A DNA stretch of 64,000 nt from NCBI GenBank assembly GCA_964016885.1, contig OZ024741.1:219542001-219606000 (forward strand), written 5' to 3'. Within the stretch, counting starts at the first letter, position 1; every line of letters starts with the position of its first letter. Below, piece after piece: positions 51,110 to 64,000 of the stretch. This DNA comes from Eledone cirrhosa. Its lineage: Eukaryota. A program made the position numbers and the translations under genes. The notes beneath the pieces were generated by a model that worked only from the letters and a program-made list of their open reading frames with translations, had not been told where the DNA came from and ran no database searches.

Positions 51110-51440
51110 TTCTTCTTCGCCCACTTATTCCTGGGAGGGTTGTGGGGGCAGAGTCCTCAAACGCTCCTTCCAGTGGGTCCTGTCAGAAGCAACTGTCTCC
51201 AACTGATCCAGCTGGATCCCTAAGCGAGACCAGCCAAGCTAATGGATGTTATCCAACCATCTTGCTTGGGGTCTACTCCTGGATCTACTACCGGTTGGAT
51301 TTGCTTGTAAAAATCTGTCCAGCAATCTTTTCCGAAGACATTCTAACTACATGCCCATTGTATTGGAGCTGTGATCTCTCAATTCAGAAAAGTAGTGGTG
51401 CTACCTCTGCAAGCTATGTACTCTATCGAGTAACGTAACT
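51110..51440 (-). mobile_element. Old RTE 3' fragment with (GAA)n tail
   Basis: IERSQLQYNGHVVRM...RP.ARWLD...DRTHW. Confidence 0.7.
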
Positions 51441-51464
51441 CTAAAGACCCTTTCGAGGAACCAG

Positions 51465-52070
51465 GAAAAAAGTAGTGCCCCAGCATGGCCACAGTCAAAG
51501 AACTAAAAGCAGTGAAACAAGTAGTGCCCCAGCATGGCCATAGTCTAATAACTGAAACCAGTACAGCAGTAGTGCCCAGCATAGCCACAGTCTAATAACT
51601 GAAACTGGTGAAGCAGTAGTGCCCCAGCATGGTCACAGTCTAATAACTGAAACCAGGGAAAAACAGTGCTCCAGCATGGCTACAGTCAAATAACTAAAAC
51701 AAGGGGAAAATAGTGCTCCAGCATGACCACAGTCTAATAACAGAAACTAGGGAAAAATGGTGCCCCAGCATGGCCACAGTCTAATAACTGAAACCAGGGA
51801 AAAAGTGGTGCCCCAGCATGGCCATAATCTAATAACTTAAACCAGTAAAAAATGGAGTGCCTCAGCATGGCCACATTCTAATAACTGAAGCCAGTAAAAT
51901 AAGTAGTGCCCCATCATGGCCACGTTTAATAACTGAAACCAGTAAAAAAAACGTAGTGCCCCAGCATGGCCACAGTTTAATAACTGAAACCAGGCAAAAA
52001 TAGTGCCCCTGCATGGGAAAAGCAGTGCCCCAGTATGGCCACAGTCTAATAACTTAAACCAGTAAAAAGT
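51465..52070. repeat. ~45-bp minisatellite amplified from a SINE-tail motif, about 13 copies; related ~85-bp array at 62460-62845
   Basis: GTGCCCCAGCATGGCCACAGTCTAATAACTGAAACCAG repeated. Confidence 0.9.
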
Positions 52071-52080
52071 AAAAGAATAC

Positions 52081-52144
52081 CTTTAGTTACAGTTCGTGAT
52101 TCATTTTTCACTCTTTCTGGGATGTCATTATAAGCCTTTTTTGA
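52081..52144 (-). CDS. PROM1: Prominin-like exon (64 bp, phase 0 to 1)
   Basis: cattttag|TCA...AAAG|gtattc. SKKAYNDIPERVKNESRTVTK resembles prominin GYQSLNDIPDRVQRQT. Confidence 0.88.
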
Positions 52145-52424
52145 CTAAAATGAGAAATATAAATTTAGATATGTTTTTATAGTCTATACTAGCAGAAATA
52201 CCCCCCACCCTACTTATGCAAGCCAACACACATCTAGCCAGATTTCTATCCTTTGAGGTAAATTTTACCTGATGCCGCCATTGATAGCATTTTGCTGTTT
52301 TAACAGCCTCCTTCCTTTAAATTTTTTCCCATTATCCTACAAATTCTAATACACTCAATTTTCAAACTTGATATTTGAGATAAAAAGCAAGGTTTCTTAA
52401 AATGTCCCACACAGGTGGTAAAAA

Positions 52425-52655
52425 TATAAGGAAAGGAAATTGAAAATGCAACTGGAGTCTTTTAAGAATATTTATTTACTTTACCGGTTTCACAGTTCTT
52501 ATGATTTTCAAAACTAAAATTGATACAAACCACAACAGAAAAACAAACCCTCCATCTCAAATTTACTTTTGAAAATCATAAGAACTGTGAAACCAGTAAA
52601 GTAAATAAATATTCTTAAAAGGATCCAGTTGCATTTTCAATTTCTTTTCCTTATA
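52425..52655. mobile_element. Inverted repeat (~99-bp arms) carrying a degenerate Penelope-type hammerhead
   Basis: 52425-52523 versus 52557-52655. TTTACTT-ttGAaaA-..-GAAACC(G/A)GTA-AAGTAAA followed by AATAAA. Confidence 0.6.
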
Positions 52656-53904
52656 CGCAGCAAAAAGCATCCAGCACACACACTGTAAATATGGTTGGCG
52701 CTACGAAGGGCATCTAGCCATAGAAAACAAGCCAGAAACAGTCCTATATGAGCAAGACATGGTCACCCGATCCAAATGGGACAAACCCGTCTAACCCATG
52801 CTAGCGTGAAAGATAGACCTTAAATGGTGATGATGATGTATATATATATATATACTTCTATTTGGGGAGTGTCGTGTTGTAATAATATTGCCAATTGGTT
52901 TGGTGGTTTGTGTTGGTTTTCTATAATTAATTCAGTTGGCAATCAATGTTTATCATTGATTGACCAACAGTTAAAAATATAGATATTAATATAGACTCTC
53001 AGAGTTCTTTCATCACACACTTCTGACATCACCAGTGATATTATGTTTCCTACTATTGTATTGCTGCAATGTTTTCTTATTCTATTTTATTTATTGTTGT
53101 ATCTGTGCATGTTTTCTGTTTGGTGTGTGTTTGTGTGTTCGTGTCTGAGTCTGTGTTACACATCATTGTTTCTGAGGATAAATGGCAAAATGGATGAATT
53201 TTGTCAAACTAATACAATGAAGTTACATAACTACTATCGATTAATCAATATATCAATAATATCTTAGTTTATTTTGCCTTTTGAAACGATGAGGTAGATG
53301 GAAAGAGGAGAGATGGAGAAAGAACAGAAAGAAGAGAGATAGAAGAGAGAGAAAATATATGGAGAAGAGGGAAAGAGAGAGAATAGAGAAGAGTGAGACG
53401 AGAGAGAGGGAGAAGAGAGAGAGAAGAGAAATAGAATAGAGAAAAGATGGAGAAGAAAGAGAAATGGAGAAGAGGTAGAGGGAGAAGAGAAAGAGGGAGA
53501 AGAGGGAAAGGAGAGAAGAGAGAGAGGGGGAAGAGGGAAAGGAGAGAAGAGAGAGAGAATAAAGAAAAGATAGAAAATAGAAGAATGGATGAAAGGCAAA
53601 TTTGGACTGAGTGGGATTTGAACTCAGAACATAAATAGCCATAACTAAATAGCATGAGGCACTTTTTTCGATGCTCCACCGACTCTGCCAGTTTACCAAA
53701 TAAACATGATATTTGAGAATCCATAAACAAGTTTTGTCATGTCCTGTTTTTTATCATCACTAAACATGATGGTTTTTCAAGATTATTCCAACATGTCCAG
53801 ACATGTCTATATCACCGTAAAATTAATTTGCCTTTTACAGTAAAAATTATCAGAAGATTACCTTTAAAATTGAACAAGCACAAAGATAAATAAATCATTC
53901 ATAC

Positions 53905-53979
53905 CGGTTGTACTTTGCTGGCAAGTCCTTTGCTAACAATATTATCAATATCTGTCATTTGGGGGGTTATATCTGGTAA
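53905..53979 (-). CDS. PROM1: Prominin-like exon (75 bp, phase 0 to 0)
   Basis: atttcag|TTA...CCG|gtatga. LPDITPQMTDIDNIVSKGLASKVQP resembles [25 protein letters not shown]. Confidence 0.85.
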
Positions 53980-54719
53980 CTGAAATATAATAAAGTTATA
54001 TAAGATAGAATAGAATATATAGATATATACTGTATATATATACACACACACACATATATATATATAGATACATATATATATATATACACACACACACATA
54101 TATATATATGGTCACGTGATGCGCATGAAAGACGACAGCTGTATAAAAAAGTGCAGGGCAATAAAAATAGACGGTAGCCACGGAGTAGGCAGTCCCAGAA
54201 AAACCTGGGACAACTTGATAAATTCCGACCTCACACACTTACACCTCTCCAAGACAATGTCACTGGACCGAGATCTTTGGCGCTACACAATAATAGAGAA
54301 GACCCGCCTTACCTAAATACAAAGTAAAACCTACTACAGTCAGTAGGCACCTCTAACAAAATACACCCCCACACCACCCCTTTCAATGTAAAGTTATGTT
54401 GGTACCACAACATCCAGGCCGAAACAAATGAGGTCGTGTAGGTGTCACAACAAAAAAACACACAGTCCACGCTGTAATGTGGCCGTGTAGGTAACACGGT
54501 AAAAACCTCCCAGTTCCACACTGTAAACGTGATTGGTGTTAGGAAGGGCATCCAGCTGTAGAAAACCCGCCAGACAGTCCTATGCGAGCAAGACAACTAC
54601 TCTTGCCTCAAATGGGAAAGCTCCCGTCCAAACCCATGCAAGCGTGGAATATGGACGTTAAACGATGATGATGATGATGATGATGATATATACACATATA
54701 CATACATACATATATATAT

Positions 54720-57075
54720 ATGGTGGCAGAAATAAAAGCACCAAGTCCATGCTGTAAAGTGGTGCTGGTGTTAGGAAGGGCATCCAACCAGTATATATTA
54801 ATGCCAAAAATTATGAGCACAACATATAAGAATTGCAACAACTGTGTAAACAGGAATAACACTAACCATGTTAGGGCTGCGCACGGTAGTGGGGTGGCTG
54901 CACAAGAACAAGAGTATGAAGACGTTGAATCTCAGAGTAGCCACACTTAATGTAGGCACTCTCACAAGTAGATCTGGTGAAATAGCGGAGATGCTAGAGA
55001 GAAGACATGTGGATGTGTGCTGCGTGCAAGAGGTGAGATGGAGAGCTGCCTCTGCGAGACTAATCGCAGGCAAACATCTTAGTTATAAGCTTTTCTGGGT
55101 GGGTAAAGATGATGGGTTAGGTGGGGTAGGCATTTTACTGGCTGAGAGATAGATCAATAAGACAATAGAGGTAGTTAGAGTTAGTAATAGAATAATTAAG
55201 CTTAGGTTAGTTGTAGGCAAGAGACTACTGACAATCATCTCTGCCTATGCTCCCCAGGCTGGCCTAGGTAAAGAAGAGAAAGACGGCTTTTACGAGCAAC
55301 TTTCAGAAAGAGCTGCAATGACAGAGGACAGAGACATCATTATGCTAGCAGGGGACTTCAATGGACATGTTGGACAGCTCCATGAGGGATACACTGGGGT
55401 ACATGGTGGGCATGGTTAATGGTTCAAGAAACAAAGAAGGAGTGTGGCTTCTTGAATTTTGTGATGCAAATGCACTAACTATTTACAACACTAACTTCAA
55501 GAAACCTACCAATCACCTAATAACCTACCAATCAGGCGAGCACATAAGCCAGATTGACTTCTTGCTAGTTAGGCAGCGAGACAGACAGATGGTGTAAAAT
55601 ACTAAGGCATACTCCGGGGAATAATGTACACCACAGCATAAGTTAGTCGTTAGTGACATCTCAATAAGCAAGAGACAAAATGAGACATACAGGAAGGTGT
55701 GGAAAAGGAAGGTCTGGAAGCTAAAATACCTTTCACTAAAATATAACTTTAGGAAAGCCCTTCAAGATGCATTTGACGAGAAAGAAGATGATTTAGAATC
55801 GTATGACATAGATGATAACTGGAATTTCTTACGTGACAACTTACTGCAGGCTACTGAGAAAACTTGTGGCTGGAGCAGAGCTCCGACCAAGCAGAGAGTG
55901 ACCTGGTGGTGGAACAGCATGGTAGATAGGGCCATTAGAGAGAAAAGACTAGCATGGAAGGCTTGGAAAACTGGTGGAAGTAGAGACCGATGCACAGCCG
56001 CTAAGAGAGAAGCTAGACATCAGGTGTACTTAGCACACACGGAGGCTGGGAGTAGGAGGTTTGCCAATGTCTTGCGATGGGAAGATCAGAGACGTGCGGT
56101 GTTCCGCATTGCAAGGTCAGTGTAAATCAGGATGTTGTTGGAGATAAGTGTGTCCAAAATGATGCTGGTGTACTTCGTGTCACTGGTGCTCAGAAAAAGG
56201 AGGCCTGGAAATGTCATTATGAGAGACTGATGAATGTGGAGAATGAATGGGAGAGAGAGAAACTACCCCCAGTAGACCCAACAGAGGGACCAGTTATCAA
56301 GCTATATATGGCAGTGTCATAGCCAAAGACTGGTGCAGCAGTATTCTCATAAATTGCTACAAAAGTAAAGGGGATGCTCTGGAGAGGAGCAATTATAGGG
56401 GCATAAAACTGATGGATTAGGTTATGAAAGTGACAGAAATAATATTAACGCAACTAATTAGAGAAAGGGTCAAATTATATGAGATGCAGTTTGGTTTTGT
56501 GCCTGGGAAAAGTACAACATATGCCCTCTTCTTAGTGAGACAACTATAAGAGAGGTTCTTAGAGAAGAATAAGCCACTATACTTAGCTTTTGTTGATATA
56601 GAGAAGGCCTTTGATAGGATACCTCTGTGGTCCCTAAGGAGACTAGGTGTAGAGGAATGGCACAGTGTAAGCTATGTACAGAGGAGCTGTCAGTAAAGTG
56701 AGAGTAGGAATGGTGTTTAGTAGGAATTCCAGTTACAAGTAGGTGTACATCAGGGTTCGGTCCTCAGCCCTTGTTCATTATAGTCCCCCAAGCCATAACA
56801 GAGGAGTTTAAGACTGGCTGCTCATAGGAACTTCTCTATGCTGACGATCTGGTTCTTATAGCAGAATCAGTAGAGGAGCTAAAGAATAAATTCTGGCTAT
56901 GGAAACAGCAGTTGGAATCAAGAGGACTGAAAGTGAACCTAGCTAAGACAAAAGTGTTGATAAGTAGAAAAGAGGACAAAACTCTGATTCCATCAGGGAA
57001 ATGGCCATGTTCGATATGTAGAAAAGGAGCTGGCATAAATTCTATAAAAGTACACAATGCAGATCTTGGGTACAC
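54720..57075 (+). mobile_element. Decayed PHD-type RTE LINE from 5' UTR through APE and RT, 3'-truncated within the zinc finger
   Basis: TLNVGTL, VQEVRW, GVGILL, YAPQ, GDFNGHVG, TWWWN, QFGF, FVDIEKAFD, LLYADD, WPCSIC. Many stops. Confidence 0.9.
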
Positions 57076-57119
57076 CATATAATGGCCAGGGTACTTGGTT
57101 AAGTATATTTCATTTTAAT

Positions 57120-57638
57120 CAAAGGGTTCCCCGGGGGTACAAACCCCCGCTGAAAAGTTTTCCTTTCGATTTATATGAAATTTAAGCCATAGATAAATGA
57201 CAAGATATGATGCCTATTCACAAAATTTCAGCAAATTTCAATATTAAGACACCCTTATGGGGGTTAAACCCCCTATTAGGGTTCCCCGGAGGCACAAACC
57301 CCCACTGTAAATAGTTTCCCTTCGATTTATATGAAATTTAAACCATAGGTAAATGACAAGATATGATGCCTATTCACAAAAGTTTCGAATTGATATTTTG
57401 AAAAAAATTATTTACAAGAAACAAAATAAGAATAAGATTTAATAATGTAATTTTGATTTGATATATTACAAAAAAATAATGTTTTCCAATGTTTCATGCA
57501 TTACATTTTACATTGAGTAACATTGAAATGCAGAGTTTTTCTCCATAAATTATATCACTTATTTAAAATCAATTGTCATTTTCTTACAAAAAAAAAAAAA
57601 ATGTGTGAAACACAGCAAGGCACGGGTAATTCGGCTAG
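57120..57638 (+). mobile_element. Possible non-autonomous Helitron: internal ~155-bp duplication and a Helitron-like 3' end
   Basis: AGGGTTCCCCG...CCTATTCACAAAA occurs twice. Ends GCAAGGCACGGGTAATTCGG-CTAG|T. 5' TC end not identified. Confidence 0.45.
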
Positions 57639-57671
<33 letters not shown>

Positions 57672-58494
57672 CATCATCATCATTTTACGTCCGCTTTTCT
57701 CTGCTTGCAAGGGTGGGACGGGAACTGATACTGGCTTGATTTCTACAGCTGGATGCCCTTCCTAACACCAACCTCATTTACAGTGAGTGCTGGGTGCTTT
57801 TTTGCCGTGGCACCTCCACGACCACTTTGCAGTGGAATGATATGGACCGCAGTCCCTATCATCTCATTTCTACAGTTGAGTAAACTGGAACAATGTGAAA
57901 TAAAGTGTCTTGCTCAAGGAAACAACACATCACCTGGTCTGAGAATTGAACTCACAACCTTTCGATTGCATATGTATAAATATATACATACATATATATA
58001 TACATGCATATATGTGGGAGGTGAGTTTTATTGTAGTACAATAAAGCAATGCAGATATCGGATAAGAAGCACTCTACAGTTTGTAGGACTGGAGTATATA
58101 TAATATATAAGATCAAAAGATGGTTAAATGAGTTCCATGTATTTTATTATGCGCATTACTCTTCGTTAATTTTCAAATTCTTTTAATTTATACATTATCT
58201 TCCAACGGTTTTTCAACCTCTCTATGTAAAACAATATATTTTTCTCAGTTATAAAAGCTATCTCTCTCTCTCTATCACCCATCTCTCCTCCTATCTCATC
58301 CTTCCTCATTATACTCCTCCCCCTCCACTTTTTACTCTCATCTCCTCCTCTTTTTCATCCTTTCCAACCTCCCCCCTCCCCTCAAATTTTTTTTTTTCCC
58401 CCAATATCACACATCAATCTAAAACTACTTTTCATATGTTGATTTAAAACTGCACTATCCACAAGTGTTTTTAACCTTCATATCATGTCTTCCC

Positions 58495-58563
58495 ATTTTA
58501 TCTGATGAAAACACAAATGTTATTGCATGATGATATTTGTTTTTGAAATGCGCATAATAAAAT
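58495..58563 (+). ncRNA. Type I hammerhead ribozyme motif with palindromic stem III, inside an inverted-repeat unit (58104-58157 / 58547-58600)
   Basis: Stem I ATTTTAT/ATAAAAT; CTGATGA; 36-nt stem II hairpin; GAAA; A-TGCGCA-T; cleavage after A58556. Confidence 0.75.
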
Positions 58564-58618
58564 ACATGGAACTCATTTAACCATCTTTTGATCTTATATA
58601 CATGCATATATATATGTA

Positions 58619-59657
<1,039 letters not shown>

Positions 59658-60570
59658 TTATATACATGTAGGAGAACCCCTACCGATGCGCTGAACGAGT
59701 GTGACATTTTAGTCCAGCCAGCGACTTGAAAACTCTGGTACAAACACTACACTTGTGACAATTATTGACATATAGTGCTAGGCCCATCGTACCATGTGAC
59801 GACAAGTGCAGAGAGATCTCCAGATATAAAGCAATGCCTGTGCCGTTAAGCTTTTATAGTGAGCAAAGGCACTGCACAAAGCCAGTCCCACTCTCTTAAC
59901 CAAGATGATATTTACCAAAAAGAAGAACAAGTCAACATCATTGGATACCATCACGGTTGCAGGTGTTATATGGTATGGGTGGGTTTATGGGCGTATCAGA
60001 TTTCTACTAGTACTCAGTGAAATATGTTCAAAATGTTTGCTCTACTAGTTTGTTGTCAAGGTATTATATATATTATCATATTTCGTTGTCAATATCACTT
60101 CCGTGATCAATCTATAAAAGATTGTAGTGTTAGTAATGTTTTGTGTGTTAGAAGCTTTGTTTGTTTGTACTTGTTGCTTGCTTGCTTATTTCGTTGCTGT
60201 TGTTGTTGTTAGTGTTATAATATACTGTGTTGTCATGACTTCTCTCCTTGTCATATCTGGTCCACCAATCAAGGTATCTGAAAAAAAAGGCTCCACACAC
60301 ATATACACACACATACACACATATACACACCCACATACACATATATACACATACACATCTATATATAGATATAGACATACACATACACACATATACACAC
60401 ACATATATATACACACACACACGCATACACATATATACGCACACACACACACACATATATACACACACACACATACACATACACACACATATATATATAT
60501 ATATATAGACATACACATACACACATATACACATACATGCTCATACATATATATATACAGACACACTCAA

Positions 60571-60604
<34 letters not shown>

Positions 60605-61727
60605 AAACACTCACAGAGATACACGCAAACACAGACATACACATACACACACAGATATATATACACCCACACATAGGTAGCGAGGAAAGAAATTATGTTT
60701 TCCCACAGCCACCAAGTGAGTGACCTTCGACCTCGCAGGGAAGATAATAGACAAACTTCCCTGATGGTAGGATGTAAGGCACCTGTGGTATGAAGGAGCA
60801 TAATTTCTAGGGTCATCTGTTATCAATCAGTAAAACAACTAGCAGTCATTGTAAATAGGTTGTTGTGTGACCCTACATCACTCACACCATAGCCTGTACA
60901 ACACAGTCTCTCTATATATAATGGTTTACTGCTACATTAGCTAGCCTTATACTGTTGACTACAACTTTAAAAAAATAATAATAATGAAATTATTGTGTAC
61001 AGTGCTCAGGTGCACTACAACTCATCAAAGGTGCATGTATAGTACATAGAATAATATACAAATGTCAGGGAAGTGAATAGTGTATGAGTCATGATATATA
61101 TGTGTGCGTGTGTATGGAGGGGGAATATTAGGTGTAGTGTTGGCGAATCTCAGGAAGCATGGAGTTTTAAAGGATGCAGTGTCTCAACAGCTAATAACTG
61201 ATGCAGGTAGTTTGTTCCATGCTTCAGCAACTCTTATCACTTTTCTTTTAAGGGAACATCCCATAGTAAATAAAAGATTCGTGCACAACACTAAAGTTTT
61301 ACTGAACACTATAATCAAACATGTTAACTTTGCTTTTCATCCTTACGGGGTCGATAAAATAAAGTACCAGTAATGTACTGGGTAATTGCTGGCCTTGTGC
61401 CAAAAATAGAAACAATTATATTTACAATTCAAAGTAATCACATTTTTTTCCTTTTTGCTGAAGTGAAGTAAAGATACACATTAAACCAGAATTGGTAGTA
61501 TTTGTCTTGTTTGTCATTTCTTCCTCAACAAATAAAACTTTGCTTCACGTCTACATATATACACACACAACACATACATATATACATGTGATAGATCCAC
61601 AGTCAGTTTCAACAGTCAGTGTTCAATTGTTCAATCAACTGTATATCCGACTCGTTTGATTAATCTGTAAGTGGCTGAATGAACCCTTAACAATCATGAC
61701 TTATATTTGACAAAATTGGAACTTTAA

Positions 61728-61948
61728 CCCTTTAGCATTTAAACCGGCCATATCTGGCCAGAATTCTCTCACTTCTTTCTGTTCAAACTGGCCATAACTG
61801 GCCACTCATACTGATGTTAAGGTATTGTTCTCAAAATAAATAACATCAAAATCACATAGATTCGATATTATATGAGATAATTATGTGAAATAAAGCCTTT
61901 ACTATGAAAATACAGTAGTATGTATAGAGTAATGTAAATGCTAAAGTG
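61728..61948. mobile_element. piggyBac-type MITE
   Basis: TTAA|CCCTTTAGCATTTA ... TAAATGCTAAAGTG|TTAA: 14-bp TIR with one mismatch and a TTAA duplication. Confidence 0.75.
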
Positions 61949-63078
61949 TTAAATGACAAATTCAGCCCATCCAAGGAATTTCCATCCATCCAATTTCAGT
62001 CACAAGATATTGATGGGTCAGCACAATATAAAAAAAATGTGTTCAAGATACCAGAAAGTAGGACTGAGCAAGGGACATTACGACTGAATAATAGATCTTA
62101 GGACTAGACAAGGGACCTTAGGGCTAAATAAATGAAATTAAGACTGTATAAGAGAGCTCAAGACTGAACAAGGGACGTTAGGACAGTAAAAAAGACCTTA
62201 GGAGTGAATAAGGGTCTTTAAGACTGAAGAAGGGACCTAAGGATTGCAAAGCAAACTTCTTAACCTCTCAGGATTGGAGTATGTGTTTGTTACATCTCTG
62301 TTAGTTCTCACAGTGAGAGTTTCAGTTGTGTGAACAATGGAACTGCCTAATCATGAAATTAAAGTGCCAGTGACTGAGTATTCCACATTAGTGAGACATA
62401 TTTGCAACTGTACAAAAGAGACCTATCACTGCATCACATAAACAAATTTGTGATTGACTCAATCTCTTCAAGGTGGTGCCCCAGCATGGCCACAGTCTAA
62501 TGACTGATACCAAAAAAAAAAAATCAATATGTTTGACTAAAACTTTCCCCAGCCAGGCCACAATCTAAGGACTGAAACCAATAAAATATTTGTATTGTTG
62601 ATGTGACTGACTATATCTCTTCAAGGTGGTGCCCCAGCATGGCCACAGTCCAACAACTGAAACCAATAAAATATTAGTATGGTTGATGTGACTGACTATA
62701 TCTCTTCGAGGTGGTGCCCCAGCATGGCCACAGTCCAACAACTGAAACCAATAAAATATTAGTATGGTTGATATGACTGACTATATCTCTTCAAGGTGCT
62801 GCCCCAGCATGGCCAGTCTAATGACTGAAACAAGATAAGAATACAAGAATAATTGTCCTGCGCATACAGAATGGATTAAGCTTAATTAATCCCTGTTTAA
62901 CCCTTTAGTTACTAATCCGGCCAAAACCAGCTCCTCTTCTGACTTCAAATCCTACTGAAGTTAGCTTTACTTTTCATCCTTACTGTGTTGATAAAATAAA
63001 GTACCAGTAACAGTCTGGGGTCGACTTTCCCCTCCCCCGCAAAAAAAAAATTGCTGGCCTTGTGCCTAAATAAGAAAC

Positions 63079-63136
<58 letters not shown>

Positions 63137-64000
63137 TATGGCCGCACATGTGTGAAGACAGACAAGTCTGCGGGGGAAAAGGTTCGTAGCTTTAAGCTGT
63201 TTTAAAGTGTCTTTTTTTTGTATTTTCTTGTCATTAACGAAACTTAAGGTACACATCTTGATTTAAAGAGAGGGATACCTCTCAATATTCGGGCTTTAAG
63301 CCCGAATATTCGGATTTATTTTTAAAATCTTCGAAAAAAATCGCTTCCCCACCAAAAGAAAATTATGGAAATTTTCGACCTTGAAACGGTAAACAACGTT
63401 CAGGTCAAAAGTTTAAAGGCAGCCACTGCAGATTTCACCATGACTACGATGGCTAGTCATGCCTGTCATCCACTCTACTGAATGTGAAGGCAAAACTAAA
63501 AAGCTACCATCACAACCTTCTGGCATAGCAGCAGTATCATCTCAAAACGACATCACCACCACCACCACCACCACAACAACAACTCAGAGCAATAACGACA
63601 AAAACACCGACAGCTTCAATGTAAACAAGGATGGCGGTGGCAACAGCAAGAATGACAACAACAACAATAAGAGCATCAGAAACACCACATTTGCTGCAGC
63701 AGCAGCAGCAAAAACAAAGCGCTTATTCATCATCATCATCATCATCACCGTTTTACGTCCGTTCTTCCACGCTAGCATGGGTTAGACGGGTTGTCCTGTT
63801 GTGGGCAGTGTCTGGTCGGCTGACCATGCCTTGCTCATACAGGAACTGATCTGGCTTGATTTCTACAGCTGGATGCCCTTCCTAACACCAACCTCATTTA
63901 CAGTGAGTGCTGGGTGCTTTTTCGTGGCGCCTACACGTCCACTTTACAGTGTGGGCTGGGTGCTTTTTTGCCGTGGCACCTCCACGACCACCTTGCGGTG

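Noticed and set aside
60148-60826. Possible minus-strand exons (DDPRNYAPSYHR / YLDWWTRYDKERSHDNT)
   Set aside because: Weak donors, no resemblance to prominin and no recognisable homology; cannot be supported.

Overview
Repeat-dense, AT-rich animal genomic DNA. The SINE, LINE and microsatellite repertoire suggests an octopus or other coleoid cephalopod; this is inference. Two fragmented host genes face each other. On the + strand, four phase-compatible exons of a CFAP99-like ciliary gene lie at 18795-44099. On the - strand, five phase-compatible exons of a prominin/CD133-like gene lie at 53979-47774, and its 3' half was not found in the window; a 200-N gap sits at 46951-47150. The rest is mostly mobile DNA. 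It includes a CR1-type LINE, two Tx1/L1-type LINEs, a nearly intact 1103-aa RTE-BovB-type ORF apparently split from its 5' UTR by a nested Tx1, RTE copies with a PHD-like finger inserted in the RT, R4/Dong RLE elements, two SINE families, non-autonomous RTE derivatives, a deleted mariner with ~100-bp TIRs, a piggyBac-type MITE, a possible Helitron end and a 5S rRNA fragment. Notable unexplained structure: (1) several type I hammerhead ribozyme motifs (two with complete folds) in short Penelope-like inverted-repeat units; (2) a 710-bp near-perfect intronic palindrome; (3) a minisatellite made of ~25 tandem 3' splice acceptors directly in front of a real exon; (4) an 83-84-bp satellite in inverted orientation upstream of exons of both genes; (5) a set of (AAT/ATT)n-associated elements in which a SINE shares its 3' tail with the Tx1 LINE. 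Most entries in the supplied ORF track are microsatellite or antisense artefacts.
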